A DNA stretch of 64,000 bases from Candidatus Avelusimicrobium gallicola. GTDB taxonomy: Bacteria; Elusimicrobiota; Elusimicrobia; Elusimicrobiales; UBA9959. Within the stretch, counting starts at the first letter, position 1, and the number at the start of each line of letters is the position of its first letter. The stretch is from the NCBI GenBank assembly GCA_020722185.1, contig DYLH01000002.1, positions 6,312-70,311 of the forward strand, read 5' to 3'. Below the pieces are notes generated by a model. The model worked only from the letters and a program-made list of their open reading frames with translations, was not told the origin of the DNA and made no database searches. Position numbers and translations under genes: made by a program. Of the stretch, positions 26,380-37,127 are shown in pieces.

Positions 26380-27877
26380 TGTTTACCTCTGTAGATATAT
26401 AGGAAGCATAATTATCTATGTACTTATTAAATTCCTTTAGAAAAGGTTGCGGATAGATACCGATTAAAAACATCATCGCAGCCAGAGGAATCATATAAAT
26501 CCACTCTCTTATATTAAGGTCATTGAGATTTTCATTTTCCTTTTTGGTTATTGGTCCATAAAACATTTTCTCAACTGCTGAAAGCATGTATATAGCTGAA
26601 AGCACAACGCCAGAAACCGCAATGACCGTAAGTATTGGATAAGTCCTAAAACTTCCAACAAATATCAAAAACTCTCCAATAAAACCATTCAGTCCTGGAA
26701 GACCTATTGATGACAGAGATGTTAAGATGAAGAAAAAAGCGAAATAAGGCATTACCTTGAAAATACCACCATATTCACTTAAAAGCCTTGTGTGCCTTCT
26801 CTCATATATTATTCCCACAAGCAAAAAGAGCGCCCCAGTCGATACACCATGATTTACCATTTGAAGTATAGCTCCGCTGACAGCTGTTTTATCAAAAGAC
26901 ATTACTCCAAGAACAATAAGCCCCATATGAGCTACAGAGGAATAGGCAATCATTTTCTTTAAGTCTTTTTGAACCCATGCAGACAGCGAGGCATAAACAA
27001 CTCCAGCAACAGCGAATATGGAGACATATGGCGCGAAACGAAGAGAAAGATCTGGAAAGATTGGGATCATAAAACGCATATATCCATAAACACCCATCTT
27101 CAATAGGACTCCTGCCAGTATAACGCTTGCCGCAGTCGGAGCTTCCACATGGGCATCTGGCAGCCATGTATGAAGAGGAAGTATCGGTACCTTGACTGCA
27201 AAGGCAATCAAAAAGGCGAAAAAACAGAAAAGTGCCGTTTTGCCTAAAATTGATACTTTATAGAAGTCCTCCAAAGCGAATGAGGAAATGCCTGTCTGTT
27301 GTTTGAATGATATAAATAGAATCACTATGGCAGCCAGCATAAAAAGGCTTGCTGCCATTGTATATATGAAGAATTTAAGTGTCGAATATATTCTCCTCTC
27401 TCCCCCCCATACTCCTATCAGAAAATACATTGGTATTAGCATGGCTTCCCAAAAAATATAGAATAGGAACATATCAAGTGAGGCAAAGACTCCAATAACA
27501 GATGTCTCAAGGAGAAGTATCCATGCATAGTAGTATTTTTGACCTTTTTTTATGTAGTTGAATGAAGAAAGTATGGATATAGGGGTTATTAAAGCCATAA
27601 GCATTGATAAGGCAAGAGAAAGGGAATCAAATCCCACAATATAGTTTATTCCAAGAGACGGTATCCATGCCATCTTTGAAATATACTGAAATCCATTGAT
27701 ATATGGTTCATAAAAGACGCATATCACTATGCCCACAGCTAAAGTTAAAACTGAAAAAAATAGAGCTGTCCACTTTATAAAATCTTCCCTTTCTTTAGGT
27801 ATTGAAAGCATTACAAAAAAACCTATTAGAGGAAGAAAAATAAAAATGTTTATTACATCAAATCCAAAAATAGTCAT
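26369..27877 (-). CDS. nuoM: NADH-quinone oxidoreductase subunit M
   Basis: 502 aa, ND4 family (HTWLPDAHVEAPTAASVILAGVLLKMG). Confidence 0.9.
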   Translation of the reverse strand: MTIFGFDVINIFIFLPLIGFFVMLSIPKEREDFIKWTALFFSVLTLAVGIVICVFYEPYINGFQYISKMAWIPSLGINYIVGFDSLSLALSMLMALITPISILSSFNYIKKGQKYYYAWILLLETSVIGVFASLDMFLFYIFWEAMLIPMYFLIGVWGGERRIYSTLKFFIYTMAASLFMLAAIVILFISFKQQTGISSFALEDFYKVSILGKTALFCFFAFLIAFAVKVPILPLHTWLPDAHVEAPTAASVILAGVLLKMGVYGYMRFMIPIFPDLSLRFAPYVSIFAVAGVVYASLSAWVQKDLKKMIAYSSVAHMGLIVLGVMSFDKTAVSGAILQMVNHGVSTGALFLLVGIIYERRHTRLLSEYGGIFKVMPYFAFFFILTSLSSIGLPGLNGFIGEFLIFVGSFRTYPILTVIAVSGVVLSAIYMLSAVEKMFYGPITKKENENLNDLNIREWIYMIPLAAMMFLIGIYPQPFLKEFNKYIDNYASYISTEVNNEQ

Positions 27878-29754
27878 ATATTAGCTCCAAATATAATGCA
27901 CATCAGCGCTATGGTCGCAGCCAGAGTAAAAATTGCCGCATATGATGAAATCTTTCCTGTTTGAATTTTTCTTGAAAAGTCTCCAGTAAAAAAAGCAGTT
28001 TTAGCCAACCCTTCGACGAGGATTCCATCGATGATTTTTCTATCAAGTAAAGAAAAGATAAATTTCTCTGAAAAAAAGGCAAGAGGCTTTATCACTAAAT
28101 AATCATAAATCTCATCTACATAAAATTTATTCTTCACAAGATTGATTATGGAAGAAAAAGTTTTTTCAATAAAGTTTGAAAATTTACTTTCTGCCAGAAA
28201 GAAAGCAAAAGATATTCCCAATATGCCTGCGATTATAGGAGAATGGGTAGCCAGGGCAGGCATATGTCGCGGCTCAAAATTCATTCCTGCAAAAGAAAGA
28301 AAACTGGAACGATAAAATCCTAGAGATACTGAGAATATAGCAAGTATAGACATAGGCCACAGCATAATGTAAGGAGATTCATGCGCATGATAGTCGCTTC
28401 TTTTTTTGCCAAGAAATGCAGTCCTAAAAAGGCGAGTCATATAATAAGCTGTTATGCCAGCTGTAAGAACTGAAAAGAACCATACCCCTTTGTGTCCTGA
28501 ATCCCATATTGTCTCTATTATAAAATCTTTGCTAAAAAAACCGCTAAATGGAGGTAGCCCGCATATTGCCAGCCAACCGGTAAGGGTTAGAATGAAAGTG
28601 ATTTTTATTTTGTCTTTAAGTCTGCCCATCTTGAAAATATTCTGTTCTCCGCTTAGAGCATGTATCACAGAGCCAGCCGCAAGAAATAAAAGAGCCTTAA
28701 AAAAAGCGTGAGTTGTCAGATGAAAAAAACCACCAGCATAAACTCCGGCTCCAACGCCCATGAACATATACCCTATTTGGCTGATAGTGGAATAGGCGAG
28801 AATTTTCTTTATATCAGTTTGCAGACACGCTATCAGAGCAGCCATAAGGGAAGTGAATGATGCCGTATAGAGTATTATGTCGAGAGCATAAGGAGCAGCG
28901 TCAAAAAGAAAGAAAAGTCTTGAAACCATATACACTCCAGCTGTCACCATAGTTGCCGCATGTATAAGCGCAGAAACAGGCGTGGGGCCAGCCATGGCGT
29001 CCGGGAGCCATACATAAAGAGGGAACTGCGCTGATTTTCCAGTGGCTCCAAGGAAAAGCAGCAAACTTATTACGCTTAAGATAGGCAATCCTGCGAATTT
29101 ATCGGCTGAAAGAATTTGATAGTTTTCTTTAAGCCAGGTAAAGTCAAGGCTGAAATCTCCTTTTGAGGATAGCGCTGAAATGAGCAAAAGCAGGCCTGTT
29201 ATAAAAAAAGCGTCTCCGACCCTATTGGCCAAAAAAGCTTTTTTACCCGCTATTGAGTTCTCAATATTTTCATACCAGAATCCAATCAGAAGATAGGAAC
29301 ATAATCCCACCCCCTCCCAGCCGACAAACATAAGGATTGGATTAGCTGCCAGAACAAGCACAAGCATGAATGCCACAAAGAGATTCAAATAGGAGAAAAA
29401 TCTGTTGAAATCTTTGTCATGATCCATATATCCTATGGAATATATATGTATTAGAAAGCTCACGAATGTTACTACAAGAGCCATTATGGCCGACAAATTG
29501 TCAAAGGCAAGTGAAAAATCAGCTGAAAAACTGCCAGCTGAAAACCATACAAAAAGCTTTTGATTCAAAGGCTGCCCAAATGACCTTAAATCAAGAAAAG
29601 CTAAAACAGAAAATAGAAAGGAAAGGAAGACAGCGGCGCTTGCTATGTATCCGGATATCCTCCCTTTTAATAATTTGGAGAAAACAGATATAATTGCGAA
29701 ACCAAGAGCTGGCGCTATTATGATGTTTAAAAGATTATAGCTTTCATGTGTCAT
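27874..29754 (-). CDS. nuoL: NADH-quinone oxidoreductase subunit L
   Basis: 626 aa, ND5 family (YVWLPDAMAGPTPVSALIHAATMVTAGVY), with a C-terminal lateral-helix region. Confidence 0.9.
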   Translation of the reverse strand: MTHESYNLLNIIIAPALGFAIISVFSKLLKGRISGYIASAAVFLSFLFSVLAFLDLRSFGQPLNQKLFVWFSAGSFSADFSLAFDNLSAIMALVVTFVSFLIHIYSIGYMDHDKDFNRFFSYLNLFVAFMLVLVLAANPILMFVGWEGVGLCSYLLIGFWYENIENSIAGKKAFLANRVGDAFFITGLLLLISALSSKGDFSLDFTWLKENYQILSADKFAGLPILSVISLLLFLGATGKSAQFPLYVWLPDAMAGPTPVSALIHAATMVTAGVYMVSRLFFLFDAAPYALDIILYTASFTSLMAALIACLQTDIKKILAYSTISQIGYMFMGVGAGVYAGGFFHLTTHAFFKALLFLAAGSVIHALSGEQNIFKMGRLKDKIKITFILTLTGWLAICGLPPFSGFFSKDFIIETIWDSGHKGVWFFSVLTAGITAYYMTRLFRTAFLGKKRSDYHAHESPYIMLWPMSILAIFSVSLGFYRSSFLSFAGMNFEPRHMPALATHSPIIAGILGISFAFFLAESKFSNFIEKTFSSIINLVKNKFYVDEIYDYLVIKPLAFFSEKFIFSLLDRKIIDGILVEGLAKTAFFTGDFSRKIQTGKISSYAAIFTLAATIALMCIIFGANI

Positions 29755-29756
29755 AT

Positions 29757-30056
29757 TTATCCTTTTAGATTGCTTATTTTGTCAGGGTTTATTGTTTTGA
29801 ATTTTTTAGAAATCATTATAAGAATAGACAGTCCTATAGTTGCCTCAGCTGCAGCGACAGCAAAAAATAAGAATATCCATATAAATGGATCTGATTTATT
29901 CGAAGTTAAAGCAAATGAAACTATGGCTATATTCGCGGCATTTAGGCCAAGTTCAAGAGACATGAGCGTTATAAGAAGATTCTTTTGGGTAATGAATGCC
30001 GCGGCTGAAATTGAAAAAAGAATGAAACTTAAACCTAAAACATTTCCCGCATTCAT
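29757..30056 (-). CDS. nuoK: NADH-quinone oxidoreductase subunit K
   Basis: 100 aa from the ATG at 30056, which forms an ATGA overlap with the nuoJ stop. It has three TM helices (MSLELGLNAANIAIVSF). The ORF-track extension to 30143 lies inside nuoJ and was not used. Confidence 0.85.
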   Translation of the reverse strand: MNAGNVLGLSFILFSISAAAFITQKNLLITLMSLELGLNAANIAIVSFALTSNKSDPFIWIFLFFAVAAAEATIGLSILIMISKKFKTINPDKISNLKG

Positions 30057-30550
30057 TTCGCCTCCTCTCTGACAGACAAAAACATGTATGCCGCCGCTAC
30101 AGCCGCTAAAAGAATCATTGAAATTATTTCTATTTGAAGCCAATACTTAGAAAAAAGAACCATTGCAAAATCTTTTATATTGAAACTTTGAGGATTAACC
30201 ACTCTATAGGAGTTGAGAGATAGAGGAATAAGTGTTGCCAAAAGCATGAAAGCTATCGCATAAGAAAACAAGCTTTTTGTCTTTATGCCTTCTTCCTTTT
30301 TTTGTTCATCTTCCACATTAGACATTGCAGGCAATGCCACTATGAACAGAGACATTATTGCGCCGGCATATATTATTATCTGGACAGCTCCTATAAAATG
30401 AAGCCCTAGAATAATGTAAATAAGACCTGTAAAAAAGAAAACTACAAACATGGCAAAAGCCGCTTTTACGGGATTTTTAGAAAAAAGCAGATAAAGGGAT
30501 GCCAATATCATTATGGCCGAAAAAGAGTAAAATAAGAGTTCTCTAATCAT
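30053..30550 (-). CDS. nuoJ: NADH-quinone oxidoreductase subunit J
   Basis: 165 aa ND6-like membrane protein in the correct operon position. Confidence 0.85.
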   Translation of the reverse strand: MIRELLFYSFSAIMILASLYLLFSKNPVKAAFAMFVVFFFTGLIYIILGLHFIGAVQIIIYAGAIMSLFIVALPAMSNVEDEQKKEEGIKTKSLFSYAIAFMLLATLIPLSLNSYRVVNPQSFNIKDFAMVLFSKYWLQIEIISMILLAAVAAAYMFLSVREEAK

Positions 30551-31127
30551 TTCTGTTGCCTCTCTCTTTACTTAGTAAAAATTCATTTGCCAATCTATTG
30601 GCAGCTCCAAAAGTTGATATTTCTCGCTTTTTTTCAAAAAGCTGCTCTTTCGTGGCATATAGACCATCTTTCCCATAAGAGGCATTTCTATCCTTTGCCC
30701 CTCCAGGTATTTCTTCGGTGTCCATAATTATTGCATCCTCAGGACAAGCCTCTACACATAAGCCACACATTACACATCTTGATAAATCTATGTCAAATTT
30801 TTTAGGATATTTTTCCACAAAGTTTTCCGTTTCTCCCGCTTCTATATGTATGCATTTTGCCGGACAAATAGTGGCGCATAGCATACAAGCTACGCATTTT
30901 GGCGTTCCATCCTTTCTGAGTTTTATCCTATGCCTGCTTCTTTCCTTAGCATGGCCTGGCAATAATACTTTCTCTTCAGGATATGATATTGTAGGAATGG
31001 ATGAAGGATTTAATAGATTGGAAAAAAGGTGTCTCAAAGTCACACCGAGACCTCTTATTATTTCCGGGATATAGATCCTTTCCCAAATATTTAATTCTCT
31101 GATCTTTATGTTTTTAACCTTTATCAT
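30543..31127 (-). CDS. nuoI: NADH-quinone oxidoreductase subunit I
   Basis: It has two 4Fe-4S ferredoxin motifs, [12 protein letters not shown] and [12 protein letters not shown]. Confidence 0.9.
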   Translation of the reverse strand: MIKVKNIKIRELNIWERIYIPEIIRGLGVTLRHLFSNLLNPSSIPTISYPEEKVLLPGHAKERSRHRIKLRKDGTPKCVACMLCATICPAKCIHIEAGETENFVEKYPKKFDIDLSRCVMCGLCVEACPEDAIIMDTEEIPGGAKDRNASYGKDGLYATKEQLFEKKREISTFGAANRLANEFLLSKERGNRND

Positions 31128-32260
31128 AGTCTAACCGTACCCAAATATCTTAAAATTAATGCAGTTATAAAAAGATTGGCTAAAGCCAGAGGCAGCAGAA
31201 ATTTCCAGCAGAAAGACATTATTTGATCAAATCTCATTCTAGGCAAAGTCCATCTCACGATGAGAAGAAAAACAGAAAAAAGCGCAGTCTTAATCGCAAA
31301 AGAAGCTACTTGAAGTAGCGAAACGATTATTGGCGGAATGGATATGGCTGAGGAGAAAGGAAAATTAAATCCGTTTTCACTTAAATATGGGACTTGCCAG
31401 CCGCCAAGGAAAAAGGTAACCGAAAGCATTGAGACAAGTATAATTTCAACAAACTCCGCAAACATAAAAGCGCCAAAACGCATCGATGAGTACTCTATAA
31501 AGTAACCCACTATTTCAGATTCTCCTTCAACAACATCAAAAGGTGTTCTTTTGTTTTCTGCTACCGCGGCTGTCAGGAAAATCAAGAAAGACAATGGCTG
31601 AAGAAATATTCCCCATGCCGGGATAAAGGCCATCAGGAGGTTTCCCTGCTTTACCACAATTTCAGACATAGAGGCGCTTGAGTATATTATGAGCATCGGA
31701 ATAAGAGATAGACCTATAACAGATTCATAAGAAATCATCTGAGCTGCAGCTCTCATTGCGCCAAGAAAAGCAAAATTATTTCCGCTGAAATAACCGCCCA
31801 TAAAGGGAGAGTATATCGCCATAGAAGAGATAGCCATAATCATAAATACTGAAGAGTCTATGTCTGCAATCAGAAGTCTTACTTTATGTCCTAAAATTTC
31901 AATGTGATTTCCAAATGGAATAAAAGCAAAACATGTGAGCACTGAGACAAGTCCTATTATTGGAGCGATAGTGAAAAATACTTTATCAGCCTTTTCAGGA
32001 ATGAAATCTTCCTTGGTGAGAAGCTTTATGCCGTCTGCAATTGGATGGAAAAGACCTCCAAGGGTAAGCCCAAAAATGGAAGCCCTGTTGGGGCCTATTC
32101 TGTCTTGCATCAAGGCGCTGACCTTTCTCTCTCCAAGGGTGAGGAGCGCGGTGAAAGCCATTATACCATTTAGAAAAATAGTTGCTTTCAAAAAAGATTC
32201 TATGACAAAAACAATCTGAGTTTTATGACTTATCCATAAATTCAGAAGTATATCTTGCAT
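31124..32260 (-). CDS. nuoH: NADH-quinone oxidoreductase subunit H
   Basis: 378 aa, ND1 family ([18 protein letters not shown] and [19 protein letters not shown]). Confidence 0.9.
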   Translation of the reverse strand: MQDILLNLWISHKTQIVFVIESFLKATIFLNGIMAFTALLTLGERKVSALMQDRIGPNRASIFGLTLGGLFHPIADGIKLLTKEDFIPEKADKVFFTIAPIIGLVSVLTCFAFIPFGNHIEILGHKVRLLIADIDSSVFMIMAISSMAIYSPFMGGYFSGNNFAFLGAMRAAAQMISYESVIGLSLIPMLIIYSSASMSEIVVKQGNLLMAFIPAWGIFLQPLSFLIFLTAAVAENKRTPFDVVEGESEIVGYFIEYSSMRFGAFMFAEFVEIILVSMLSVTFFLGGWQVPYLSENGFNFPFSSAISIPPIIVSLLQVASFAIKTALFSVFLLIVRWTLPRMRFDQIMSFCWKFLLPLALANLFITALILRYLGTVRL

Positions 32261-33721
32261 TTATTTAAACTCCTTGTCTATACCGTTAGAAGAAATAAAT
32301 TTTTCAATATCTTTAAGAGAGGAAAAAAATGAATTTGATCCAAAAAGTACAGCAAGCCTTTTCATAACATCAAAAACAGAGAAAGCTTTTTCATTGACGA
32401 CAGATACAGTCGTTTTTCTGGCATACTTTTGCCAGTTTACAAAAGTGCCTTCATTTTCAAAATAACTCTTCATCGGAACAATGGCCCCATTCATATCACT
32501 TTTTGTAAGAGAAAAGAATATGCCTTTGCTATCTCTTGCATAGGTTTTTGCAATTTCTAAGGAGGATATTACAAGAGCAAACTTTTCAGATGTTTTCTCG
32601 TCTTTTTTTAGTTTTAACTTGTTGGCTATAATCTCTATTCCTGTAGAGTTCGGGTATGGATCTGAATTTTTGAGTATGCCATCTTCAATTTTTCTCTCGG
32701 GCAGGGACGGGATGAATATATTCTCTGTCTTGAGAACATTTGAGGCAAAATAATAAAGCGCAATATTATCCTCAATAGATAGATTCGGCGATAAAAACAC
32801 AGCTATCTCTTGTGGTTTTACCTCTTTGATATAGTCAAAAACTTTGTCAAGATCTAGCCCAAATTCTTGAGACTCAATGGTTATATGATTAAGCCTATCT
32901 TCTGAATACATCTCTTTATATGTCATTCGACCAAAATCGCACAGCCATGTATTTGTCTCTTCATTTGGCAGAGGTAATATCCTGTAAACTGTGTTGTCAT
33001 TATGTTGAACTTTTATTCTGCAACCAGTGGCGCACCCTAAGCAAATTGATTCAGTAGTTTTAAGAAACCATACTCTCTGCCTGAATCTAAAATCAGCTGA
33101 AGTAAAGGCTCCAACCGGGCAAATGTCTGCAATGTTTAAGGAATAGGGATTGTTTAGGGAAGTTTCAGGCTTAATATCTATGAAAGAATGGTCGCCTCTA
33201 TTTGCCACAAAAAGCTCAGAGGTTTTGGTGACTTCCTCGCAAAACCTAACACAACGTGTGCAAAGTATGCAACGTTCATTGTCTAAAATTAGATAATCCC
33301 CCAACTGTCTTCTTTTTCCACGTCTAACCTTTTCATTAAGTGAGACTCTGCTTTTGCGTAGACCGTAATCCATATAGTAATCCTGCAAATAACACTCCCC
33401 TGCTTGATCGCATATCGGACAATCTATAGGATGATTCTTAAGCAAAAATTCAAGCACATCCTTTCTGGCTTTTTTAACTTTTTCACTTGAAGTGAATACA
33501 TTCATGCCTTCTGCCACTATAGTTGAGCAAGCAGTTTGAAGCTTTGGCATTTTTTCAATTTCAACCAGGCACATTCTGCAATTGCCAGCTATGGAAAGAG
33601 ATGGATGATAGCAGTATCTAGGTATATAAATTCCATTTCTCTGAGCGCACTGAAGTATGGTCTCATTTTCTTTTGCTATATATTCTTTTCCATCAATTTT
33701 TATTTTTGGCATAAAGGACAT
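32261..33721 (-). CDS. nuoG: NADH-quinone oxidoreductase subunit G, short form (486 aa)
   Basis: It has an N-terminal 2Fe-2S region (CYHPSLSIAGNCRMCLVE...TAC), a His-ligated 4Fe-4S (HPIDCPICDQAGEC), CILCTRCVRFC...CPVGA, and an N7-like CLGCATGC...C. The C-terminal molybdopterin-like region is much shorter than in the roughly 780-900 aa forms. Confidence 0.85.
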   Translation of the reverse strand: MSFMPKIKIDGKEYIAKENETILQCAQRNGIYIPRYCYHPSLSIAGNCRMCLVEIEKMPKLQTACSTIVAEGMNVFTSSEKVKKARKDVLEFLLKNHPIDCPICDQAGECYLQDYYMDYGLRKSRVSLNEKVRRGKRRQLGDYLILDNERCILCTRCVRFCEEVTKTSELFVANRGDHSFIDIKPETSLNNPYSLNIADICPVGAFTSADFRFRQRVWFLKTTESICLGCATGCRIKVQHNDNTVYRILPLPNEETNTWLCDFGRMTYKEMYSEDRLNHITIESQEFGLDLDKVFDYIKEVKPQEIAVFLSPNLSIEDNIALYYFASNVLKTENIFIPSLPERKIEDGILKNSDPYPNSTGIEIIANKLKLKKDEKTSEKFALVISSLEIAKTYARDSKGIFFSLTKSDMNGAIVPMKSYFENEGTFVNWQKYARKTTVSVVNEKAFSVFDVMKRLAVLFGSNSFFSSLKDIEKFISSNGIDKEFK

Positions 33722-34947
33722 TTACCTTCCAGATGATATACAAATTCTTTTTCAAACTTATTTATATAACTTATAACCGGCATTGCCAGAGCGTCTGCCA
33801 GTGGACAAATTGTTTTTCCCATCATATTCTGGGCTATTTCTTTGGCATTGTTAAGATCCTCTCTCTTGCCTTTGCCTTGCAGTATCCTTTTAAGTATTCC
33901 TTCTATCCAGCCAGTGCCTTCTCTGCAAGGAGTGCATTGACCGCATGATTCGTGATGATAAAATCTTGCCAATATCCACAAGGCTTCAACCATACATTGT
34001 CTCTCAGGTATTATTATCATGCCACCAGAGCCAAGCATGGTTCCAGCAGATTGTAAAGACTCATAGTCAAGTGTTACTTTCATCGCCTCTTCGGCTGTCA
34101 AAACTGGAACAGATGAACCGCCGGGTATTACTGCTTTTAGCCTTTCCCCTTCTTTCATCCCACCTAGTTGATTCTCAAAGAAATCTTTGAAAGGTGTTCC
34201 AAGTTCTATCTCATAAACTCCTGGTTTTTTTACCGGTCCGCTGACTGAAAAGAGCTTTGTTCCAGAGCTTTTGCCTTTGCCTATGGCAGAGTAAGCTTTC
34301 CCACCATTGAGTATTATCCACGGCACGGTAGCTAAGGTCTCCACATTGTTTATTACAGTGGGCCCGCCATAAAGTCCAACAATTGCCGGGAAAGGTGGCT
34401 TAAGCCGTGGCTGACCTTTTTTGCCTTCTATGGATTCAAGCAAAGCAGTTTCCTCCCCGCAGATATAAGCTCCCGCGCCCCTGACTACTTTTATATTGAA
34501 ACTGAAGCCTGACTTCAGAATATTTTCGCCAAGAAACCACTTTTTTTTTGCTTCGTATATCGCTTTTTCAAGTATTCTGGCTTCTTTGGCAAACTCACCC
34601 CTTATATAGATATATCCTTCATTGGCACCTATGGCATAAGCGGCTATTATCATTCCTTCTAGGAGAGAGTGTGGATTTTTATTTATAAGTTCTCTGTCCT
34701 TAAAAGTTCCAGGTTCACTCTCATCGCTATTGCAGACTAAATACTTGTTTTTTTTGTCGGCTGGGATGAAAGACCACTTTAATCCAGTTGGAAATCCTGC
34801 TCCGCCACGCCCTCTTAAATTTGAGGTTTTTACTTCTTCTATTATTTCAGCGGGTTTCATCGAGAAAGCTTTTTTTATAGCCAGATATCCGCCATTTCTG
34901 ATGTATGTTTCTATATCAAAAGAGATTTTATCTAGTAGTATTTTCAT
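33700..34947 (-). CDS. nuoF: NADH-quinone oxidoreductase subunit F
   Basis: GRGGAGFPTGLKW marks the FMN/NADH site. ESCGQCTPCREG marks the N3 cluster. Confidence 0.95.
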   Translation of the reverse strand: MKILLDKISFDIETYIRNGGYLAIKKAFSMKPAEIIEEVKTSNLRGRGGAGFPTGLKWSFIPADKKNKYLVCNSDESEPGTFKDRELINKNPHSLLEGMIIAAYAIGANEGYIYIRGEFAKEARILEKAIYEAKKKWFLGENILKSGFSFNIKVVRGAGAYICGEETALLESIEGKKGQPRLKPPFPAIVGLYGGPTVINNVETLATVPWIILNGGKAYSAIGKGKSSGTKLFSVSGPVKKPGVYEIELGTPFKDFFENQLGGMKEGERLKAVIPGGSSVPVLTAEEAMKVTLDYESLQSAGTMLGSGGMIIIPERQCMVEALWILARFYHHESCGQCTPCREGTGWIEGILKRILQGKGKREDLNNAKEIAQNMMGKTICPLADALAMPVISYINKFEKEFVYHLEGKCPLCQK

Positions 34948-35419
34948 TTTTTTCTTTCAATTCCTTCAATAGCGCTTTAAGTTTCTCTTCATTCATATTC
35001 TCGTGATAAGTTTCATTGATCATTATGACGGGAGCTGTTCCGCACGAGCCCAAACACTCTACTTCAGTTAAACTGAAAAGCCCATCTGGCGTGACTTCTC
35101 CTTCCTTTATGGAAAGCTCATTCTCAATAATTTTTTTTAAAGCTGGGGCTCCAGCCATATGGCAGGAAAGATTTCTACAAATCTGTATGTGATGTATCCC
35201 TGTCTTCTTGAGATTATACATTGTGTAAAATGTCATTACAGCTTTTACTTTTGAATATGGGATCTTAGATATGGAAGAGAGATACTCTGCGTCTTGTTCT
35301 GTTATGAATCCTTTTTCTTTTTGTATGAAATGAAGCATCGCAAGCAAAGTAGATTGAGGATTTTTAGACAGGGACTCTATCCTCTCATACTCTTTTTTTA
35401 TTTTTTCTTCAGACATCAT
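34928..35419 (-). CDS. nuoE: NADH-quinone oxidoreductase subunit E
   Basis: 164 aa from the ATG at 35419, immediately after the nuoD stop. The 2Fe-2S ligands are in CRNLSCHMAG and CLGSCGTAP. The ORF-track extension to 35551 lies inside nuoD. Confidence 0.9.
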   Translation of the reverse strand: MMSEEKIKKEYERIESLSKNPQSTLLAMLHFIQKEKGFITEQDAEYLSSISKIPYSKVKAVMTFYTMYNLKKTGIHHIQICRNLSCHMAGAPALKKIIENELSIKEGEVTPDGLFSLTEVECLGSCGTAPVIMINETYHENMNEEKLKALLKELKEKNENTTR

Positions 35420-36639
35420 CTCTCCAATTCTCCACCTATCATATTCAATTGTCCAAATGTGGCTATTATATCTGCGACATATCCGCCTTTTATCATTCTT
35501 GAAAGAGCCGAGGTCAATGGAAAGCAAGGAGGCCTTACTCTGACCCTCCATGGTTTATGCGTGCCATCTGAAACTATGTAAAATCCGAGCTCGCCATTTC
35601 CTCCTTCAACAGGGAAATAAACTTCGCCAGCTGGAGGTTTGGGACCTTCAAAAGTCAATTTGAAATGGGCAATAAGCGCTTCTATGTTTCCATATACATC
35701 TTTTTTTTCTGGAAGAGAAACATTGTAATCTGGATTTTTTATTTCTCCAGAAGGAATTTGTTTCAGGGCCTGTTTCACTATTGACATGCTTTGCTTTATC
35801 TCTTCAAGTCTTACAAGATATCTTGAGTAATTGTCCCCTTCACTGCAAACTGGGATATCAAAATCAAATCTGTCATAAACAAGATATGGCTCATCTTTTC
35901 TCACATCATATGGAACTCCACAAGCCCTGAGCAAAGGGCCAGTGAAAGAGTAGGAAATCGCTTCTTCCTTAGTTATTTTTCCGGTATTTCTCAACCTATC
36001 GTAGAATATTCTGTTTCGGCTTAAAAGTTTTTCACTATCATCGAGATTTTTCGTTAATATGGAAAAAGCTTTTTTTACTTCATCTTCAAAACCTTCTGGT
36101 AAATCTCTTGATACGCCTCCTATTCTGGTATAGTTGGGCGTGATTCTCCCGCCTGCCACGGAATCTCCCAATTTATAAAGCGCTTCCCTTGCGTTTATGA
36201 GATAAAAATAAACAGTAAAAGCTCCCAACTCCATGGCATTTGCGCCTATACATGTAAGATGATCTGTTATTCTAGAAATCTCACTCATTATGACTCTTAG
36301 ATATTTAGCTCTCTCGGGGATATCGACTCCCATCAATTTTTCTACAGCGAGGGCATAGCCCACATTATTTATGAAAGGAGACACATAATTTAGTCTATCG
36401 GTGTATGGAATAACTTGATTGTAATTGATATTCTCACAGGTTTTCTCAAAGCCTCTATGAAGATACCCTATCTCCACATCGGAGTCTTCTATTCTTTCAC
36501 CATTCAAAGTCAGATATATCTTCACTATGCCGTGCATAGCTGGATGGGATGGCCCCATATTTAATACCAATCTGCCGTCTTCAGCTTTTTCAACTATTCC
36601 CGGAGCTGCTATTTTCTTAATTTTTTCAAAAGTGTTCAT
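35416..36639 (-). CDS. nuoD: NADH-quinone oxidoreductase subunit D
   Basis: 407 aa with NMGPSHPAMHG, EIGYLHRGFEK and a C-terminal MIGGELER. Confidence 0.95.
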   Translation of the reverse strand: MNTFEKIKKIAAPGIVEKAEDGRLVLNMGPSHPAMHGIVKIYLTLNGERIEDSDVEIGYLHRGFEKTCENINYNQVIPYTDRLNYVSPFINNVGYALAVEKLMGVDIPERAKYLRVIMSEISRITDHLTCIGANAMELGAFTVYFYLINAREALYKLGDSVAGGRITPNYTRIGGVSRDLPEGFEDEVKKAFSILTKNLDDSEKLLSRNRIFYDRLRNTGKITKEEAISYSFTGPLLRACGVPYDVRKDEPYLVYDRFDFDIPVCSEGDNYSRYLVRLEEIKQSMSIVKQALKQIPSGEIKNPDYNVSLPEKKDVYGNIEALIAHFKLTFEGPKPPAGEVYFPVEGGNGELGFYIVSDGTHKPWRVRVRPPCFPLTSALSRMIKGGYVADIIATFGQLNMIGGELER

Positions 36640-36644
36640 TTAAT

Positions 36645-37127
36645 TCACTTTCTTTCAGGTATTCTCGGTTGTCTCCCTTTAAGAGGATAATCCTTTCTCA
36701 AGGGATGTCCCTGAAACTCCTCATACATTAGTATTCTTCTCAAATCTGGATGTCCAGAAAAATGTATGCCATACATATCGTAAACTTCTCTTTCATACCA
36801 GTCAGCTGAAAGCCACAAAGATGCCAGAGAAGCGACCGATGGCGAACTTTCCTCAACTGGAACTTTTAATCTAACTCTTTCCTTATTATTGAAAGAGTAG
36901 AACTGATAGGCCATCTCAAATCTATGTTTTTCCTCTCTACCAGGATAGCCCTTATAATCAACACAGGTCAGGTCCATAAGGAATTCAAAACCAAGTTCAT
37001 TTTTCAAGAAAAGGGCAATTTTTTTCAAATCCTCAGACTTTATCAAAACATAGTCCTGACCTGCCGAATTGCCTATTGCAATAATTGACTGTGGAAAATT
37101 GGATTTCAATTTTTCAATTGCGCTCAT
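36645..37127 (-). CDS. nuoC: NADH-quinone oxidoreductase subunit C
   Basis: 160 aa with WYEREVYDMYGIHFSGHPDLRRIL. Confidence 0.9.
   Translation of the reverse strand: MSAIEKLKSNFPQSIIAIGNSAGQDYVLIKSEDLKKIALFLKNELGFEFLMDLTCVDYKGYPGREEKHRFEMAYQFYSFNNKERVRLKVPVEESSPSVASLASLWLSADWYEREVYDMYGIHFSGHPDLRRILMYEEFQGHPLRKDYPLKGRQPRIPERK

Noticed and set aside
29746-30143. A plus-strand ORF at 29746..30072, and the long version of the minus-strand ORF at 29757..30143.
   Set aside because: The plus-strand ORF is antisense to nuoK. The 128-aa minus-strand version extends into nuoJ. The ATG at 30056 (ATGA overlap) gives the expected 100-aa NuoK.
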